A DNA stretch of 64,000 nt. Source: an uncultured Thermoleophilia bacterium (GTDB lineage: Bacteria > Actinomycetota > Thermoleophilia > Gaiellales > Gaiellaceae). Positions 60,366 through 64,000 of the stretch are shown in pieces (position 1 is the stretch's first letter; every line of letters starts with the position of its first letter). The stretch spans positions 248,032-312,031 of the forward strand of contig CAVRYT010000001.1 in assembly GCA_963725595.1 (NCBI GenBank). Direction: 5' to 3'. Under the pieces are notes generated by a model. The model worked only from the letters and a program-made list of their open reading frames with translations. It was not told the origin of the DNA and searched no databases. The translations under genes and the position numbers were made by a program.

Positions 60366-61418
60366 ATGAGCTTCAGTGTCACCAGGCGCACCATGTGGAT
60401 TGTCGCCGCGGCTGCGTTGGTCGCCGGCTGTGTAACCACGAGCGCCACTGCGAGCAGGAGTACGCGCTCCGCCGGCCAGCTCGTCGGCGCGGGCAGCACG
60501 TTCGTCCAGCCGCTGGTGTCCCAGTGGCAGGCGGCGTACCCGTCGGTCGCCGGCGGAGTCAACATCGTCTACCAGCCGATCGGCTCGGGCGGCGGCATTC
60601 AGGCGATCACCAACCGCACCGTCGACTTCGGCGCGTCCGACGCGCCCCTGTCGGCAGATCAGTTCACCAACTGCAAGGGGTGCTACCAGCTTCCGTGGGC
60701 GCTCGGCGGGACTGCCGTGATGATCAACCTCAAGACGGACGCCCACGCGCCGCTGCACGTCACGGGCGATGTCCTTGCGAAGATCTACCTCGGGCAGATC
60801 ACGTCCTGGGACGACGCTGCGATCAAGGCGCTGAACCCGGGCATCTCGCTCCCGAGCGAGAAGATCACACCCGTCTACCGCTCCGATGGATCGGGCACCT
60901 CGTACAACTTCGTGGACTACCTCTCCACCATCAGCCCGGCGTTCAAGTCGAAGATCGGCGTGTCGACGCAGCCGCCGTTCCCCGTTGGCGTCGGAGGTAA
61001 GGGCTCGTCCGGCGTCTCCGGCGTCGTCAAGAACACCCCGGGCGCGATCGGGTATGCCGACATCGCGTACGCGGTCACGAACCACATCCAGGTGATGGCG
61101 GTCCGGAACGCGGCCGGGAAGTTCACGACCCCGGGCATCAAGTCGATCACGGCCGCCGCCGCGTCGTTCAAGACGGTCCCTGCGAACGGGGAGATGCACA
61201 TCGTGAACCCGCCCAAGTCCTCGGCGGGCGCGTACCCGATCGCCACCTATACCTACGTGATCATCCCGGCGAAGACGGGGAACGCGTATCCGCTCAAGAA
61301 GTTCATCTTCTGGGCGTTGACCAAGGGCCAGCCGTACGGGGTGAAGCTCCGCTACGTCCCGATCCCGAAGCAGGTGCTGGTTGCCTCCGAGAAGATCCTC
61401 AACAAGATCAGCTCATAG
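60366..61418 (+). CDS. pstS: phosphate-binding lipoprotein PstS
   Basis: ATG 60366 after GAAGGGAG. Lipobox LVAGC. GAGSTFVQPL, GSGGGI, VDFGASDAP, SDGSGTS. Confidence 0.85.
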   Translation: MSFSVTRRTMWIVAAAALVAGCVTTSATASRSTRSAGQLVGAGSTFVQPLVSQWQAAYPSVAGGVNIVYQPIGSGGGIQAITNRTVDFGASDAPLSADQFTNCKGCYQLPWALGGTAVMINLKTDAHAPLHVTGDVLAKIYLGQITSWDDAAIKALNPGISLPSEKITPVYRSDGSGTSYNFVDYLSTISPAFKSKIGVSTQPPFPVGVGGKGSSGVSGVVKNTPGAIGYADIAYAVTNHIQVMAVRNAAGKFTTPGIKSITAAAASFKTVPANGEMHIVNPPKSSAGAYPIATYTYVIIPAKTGNAYPLKKFIFWALTKGQPYGVKLRYVPIPKQVLVASEKILNKISS

Positions 61419-61437
61419 TCTGCGATCGACACACCAC

Positions 61438-61469
61438 GTGACGAGGGCGCCGCACGGCGCCCTCGTCAC
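61438..61469. terminator. bidirectional terminator-like hairpin between convergent pstS and the kinase gene
   Basis: GTGACGAGGGCGCC-GCAC-GGCGCCCTCGTCAC, a 14-bp perfect stem. Confidence 0.6.
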
Positions 61470-61472
61470 TCC

Positions 61473-62168
61473 CTAGGCTGGAAAGGTGCAGCGAATGCGG
61501 AGGCCGCGCCCGGCGCCGCCCTCCGCGGCGATGTCGCCGCCGGCGGCGACAACGATGTGCTTGACGATTGCGAGCCCGAGGCCGGTGCCCCGGGTCGACC
61601 GGGCTGCGTCCCCGCGGTAGAAGCGCTCGAACAGGCGGCCGATCGTCGCCGCCGGCACACCGGCCCCGTCGTCGGCCGCGGTGAGCACGGCGAAGCTCCC
61701 CGAGCGGTTGATCGTCAGCCGGAGCGTCGAGCCGTGTCCGGCGTAGCGAATCGCGTTCTGTGCGAGGTTCTGGACGACGATGCGGAGCATTCTCGGCCGC
61801 AGCGGCACGTCGATCGACGGATCGCCCTCGACGACCACCTCGACGCCGGCCCGCGTCGCGGCCTGGGCGAGCTCGGCCGCCACGTCCTCGAGCACCGGCA
61901 GCGCCGTAGTGTGGCCGAGCGAGACGACCTCCTTGCCGCTCTCGAGCTCGGACAGGAAGAGGATCTCGTCGATCAGCGCCGTCGCGCCCTCGATCTCGCC
62001 CCGCGCGAGCTCGACGAGCTGGCTCACGTCCGCGTCGGGCAGGTCCATCGTGTCGAGGAGCGCGAGGATCCGCGCGAGCGGAGTGCGCAGCTCGTGCGAC
62101 ACGGCGGCCGTGAAGCCGGTGCGCAGTTCGTCGAAGCTCGTCCCGTAGGTGGCGTCGCCCTCGACCAT
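61473..62168 (-). CDS. histidine kinase consisting only of DHp + catalytic ATPase domains (no TM or sensor domain)
   Basis: H-box AAVSHELRTPL starts about 25 aa after the start. N-box VVQNLAQNAIRY, G1 DDGAGV, G2 GTGLGLAI. GTG 62192 is the furthest plausible start. Confidence 0.8.
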   Translation of the reverse strand: MVEGDATYGTSFDELRTGFTAAVSHELRTPLARILALLDTMDLPDADVSQLVELARGEIEGATALIDEILFLSELESGKEVVSLGHTTALPVLEDVAAELAQAATRAGVEVVVEGDPSIDVPLRPRMLRIVVQNLAQNAIRYAGHGSTLRLTINRSGSFAVLTAADDGAGVPAATIGRLFERFYRGDAARSTRGTGLGLAIVKHIVVAAGGDIAAEGGAGRGLRIRCTFPA

Positions 62169-62283
62169 GCTCGGTTCGCGCGACGCCTCCACGCCGACAT
62201 CCTGCTCGACGTGTTTCGAGCCGAAGAACGACGTCACCAGATCGTCACCATTCCGACACCCGTACCAAACCGGCTTCAACACT

Positions 62284-62991
62284 ATGGTACGAGACGTGGC
62301 CAAGGTCCTGATCGTCGAAGACGACAACGTGATCGCGGACGGGATGGCACGGCACCTCGTGAGCGCGGGCTTCGATCCGATCGTGGTCGGCCGCGGCGAG
62401 CTCGGCCTCGCGCGGCTCCGGTTCGAGAACCCGGACGTCTGCGTGCTCGACCTGATGCTGCCGGAGCTCGACGGCTGGAAGCTGATCGAGACGGCGCGCT
62501 CGGAAGGGATCGGCACCCCGATCGTCGTTGTCTCCGCGCGCGGCACCGAGCACGACCGCGTGCACGCGCTCGAGATCGGCGCCGACGACTACCTCGTGAA
62601 GCCGTTCTCGATGCGGGAGCTCGTCGCACGTGTCGGGGCAGCCGCGCGGCGGGGCGTGCGGCCGGCCGAGGAGCGCCGGGGCGACCCGATCGAGATCGAG
62701 GAGCTGCGCATCGACCCGCGCGAGGTCCAGGCCTACGTGGACGGCAAGAACGCCGAGCTGACCCCGACCGAGTTCAGGCTGCTGTACACGCTCGCGCTCG
62801 ACCGCGGCCGCGTCGTGACGCGCGACGAGCTGCTCCAGAAGGTGTGGGGCCGGCGCGAGACGCACCGCGACCGCACCGTCGACGTGTTCGTGCGGCGCCT
62901 GCGCCAGAAGGTCGACCGGCGCTCGACGAAGCACTCGTTCATCCAGACGCGCTTCGGCGTCGGCTACAAGCTGGAGCCGGAGCCGAAGTAA
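62284..62991 (+). CDS. OmpR/PhoB-family response regulator (PhoP/RegX3-like)
   Basis: VLIVEDD, DVCVLDLMLPELDG, GADDYLVKPF. Winged helix: LTPTEFRLLYTL, TVDVFVRRLRQK, RFGVGYKL. Confidence 0.9.
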   Translation: MVRDVAKVLIVEDDNVIADGMARHLVSAGFDPIVVGRGELGLARLRFENPDVCVLDLMLPELDGWKLIETARSEGIGTPIVVVSARGTEHDRVHALEIGADDYLVKPFSMRELVARVGAAARRGVRPAEERRGDPIEIEELRIDPREVQAYVDGKNAELTPTEFRLLYTLALDRGRVVTRDELLQKVWGRRETHRDRTVDVFVRRLRQKVDRRSTKHSFIQTRFGVGYKLEPEPK

Positions 62992-63013
62992 CCGGCCGGG
63001 TACGCTCCCGGCC

Positions 63014-64000
63014 GTGGACTTCGAGCTGACCGCGGAGCAGCGCGAGATCCAGTCGCTCGCGCGCGAGCTGGCGGATGCCGAGATCGCACCGCACGCGGCC
63101 GAGTGGGACCGCGAGCACGGCCTCCCGCGCGCGCTCTTGTCGCGGCTCGGGGAGCTGGGACTGATGGGCGTCTGCGTGCCGGAGGAGCACGGCGGCGCCG
63201 GCGCCGACTTCCTCTCGTACGTGCTCGTGCTCGAGGAGCTCTCCCGCGGTGACGCCGGCGTCGGCGTCACCGTCGCGGTGCACACGTCTGCGTGCACGTT
63301 GCCGATCCTCGCCTTCGGCTCCCCCTCGCAGGTCGAGCGTTTCGTGCCTCCGCTCGCCCGCGGCGAGCGGATCGGCTGCTTCGCGCTGACGGAGGCGGGA
63401 TCGGGGTCGGACGCCGGCGCGCTGCAGACGAGCGCAGAACCGGCCGACGGCGGCTGGCATGTGCGCGGGTCGAAGCAATGGATCACGAACGCCGGTTTCG
63501 GCGGCACGATCCTCCTCTTTGCGCGCACGGACTCCTCGACCCGCTCGGCCCGCGGCGTCTCGGCGTTCCTCCTCGACACGGAGCAGGTCGAGATCACCCG
63601 AACCGAGGAGAAACTCGGGCTCAACTCCTCGCTCACGAACGACCTGGCGGTCGACGCCGGCGTCGATGCCGACCGCCTGATCGGAGAGCTACACCACGGC
63701 TTCCGGATCGCGATGGCGACCCTCGACGGGGGCCGGATCGGGATCGCCGCCCAGGCGGTCGGGATCGCGCAGGCCGCGTACGACGTCGCTCGTCGTTACG
63801 CGCAGGAGCGCGAGGCGTTCGGGCATCCGATCGCCGACTTCCAGGCGATCCAGCACAAGCTCGCGAACATGTCGATGGAGATCGACGCTGCCCGGCTGCT
63901 GATGCTGCGGGCAGCGTGGCTGAAGGACCAAGGGAAGCCGCACACGGAGGCGGGGGCGAAGGCGAAGCTCTTCGCGTCGGAGATGGCGCGGCGCCAGACC
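63014..64000 (+). CDS. acyl-CoA dehydrogenase (3' end outside window)
   Basis: GTG 63014, frame open to the window end. FELTAEQREI, GCFALTEAGSGSDA, GSKQWITNAG, GGRIGIAAQAVGIAQAA. Confidence 0.85.
   Translation, partial: MDFELTAEQREIQSLARELADAEIAPHAAEWDREHGLPRALLSRLGELGLMGVCVPEEHGGAGADFLSYVLVLEELSRGDAGVGVTVAVHTSACTLPILAFGSPSQVERFVPPLARGERIGCFALTEAGSGSDAGALQTSAEPADGGWHVRGSKQWITNAGFGGTILLFARTDSSTRSARGVSAFLLDTEQVEITRTEEKLGLNSSLTNDLAVDAGVDADRLIGELHHGFRIAMATLDGGRIGIAAQAVGIAQAAYDVARRYAQEREAFGHPIADFQAIQHKLANMSMEIDAARLLMLRAAWLKDQGKPHTEAGAKAKLFASEMARRQT

Overview
A 64-kb chromosomal segment from a very GC-rich, Actinomycetota-like bacterium. Third codon positions are almost always G/C, and many adjacent genes overlap by ATGA/GTGA. 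I call about 70 protein-coding genes. I found no rRNA, tRNA, CRISPR array, transposase or integrase. Left to right: (i) 0-13 kb, assorted metabolism and envelope genes: AKR, PaaK-like ligase, VOC, GST, CAP, LCP, an ECF sigma factor with a C-terminal extension, an ALO-type FAD oxidase and a secreted S1 protease. (ii) 13.6-19.5 kb, a Pat-like GNAT/ADP-forming acyl-CoA synthetase fusion translationally coupled to phosphoketolase and acetate kinase. (iii) 19.5-23.4 kb, a visibly less GC-rich islet of YCII and cupin genes containing a repeated nested-palindrome element. (iv) DLH and glpK, then a MoxR-DUF58-VWA-x-VWA operon. (v) MFS, cupin, MarR, and a compact trpE-G-D-(C/F)-B-A operon with a candidate Trp-codon leader peptide and attenuator, extended by an MSOX-like FAD oxidase. 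(vi) Thiolase, NUDIX, GNAT, hbd and an ATP-grasp gene. (vii) 45-63 kb, a phosphate-themed neighbourhood: CYTH-CHAD, ppx, ppk, uppP, PHP, a secreted phosphoesterase, ArsR-Acr3, phoU-pstB divergent from pstC-pstA-pstS, and a sensor-less histidine kinase divergent from an OmpR-type regulator. It carries GTTCACC-type PHO-box-like direct repeats at four promoters. (viii) An acyl-CoA dehydrogenase that runs off the 3' edge. The most unusual observations are listed here. Two sharply bounded patches (about 17.9-19.5 kb and 45.1-50.6 kb) have conserved genes riddled with single-base frameshifts while the flanking genes are intact. A nested-palindrome repeat family has two ~90-nt direct copies bracketing a two-gene secreted cassette. 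A shared PHO-box-like motif sits upstream of four phosphate-related promoters. The trp leader/attenuator is also notable. All functional calls come from reading motifs in the translations, not from database searches.
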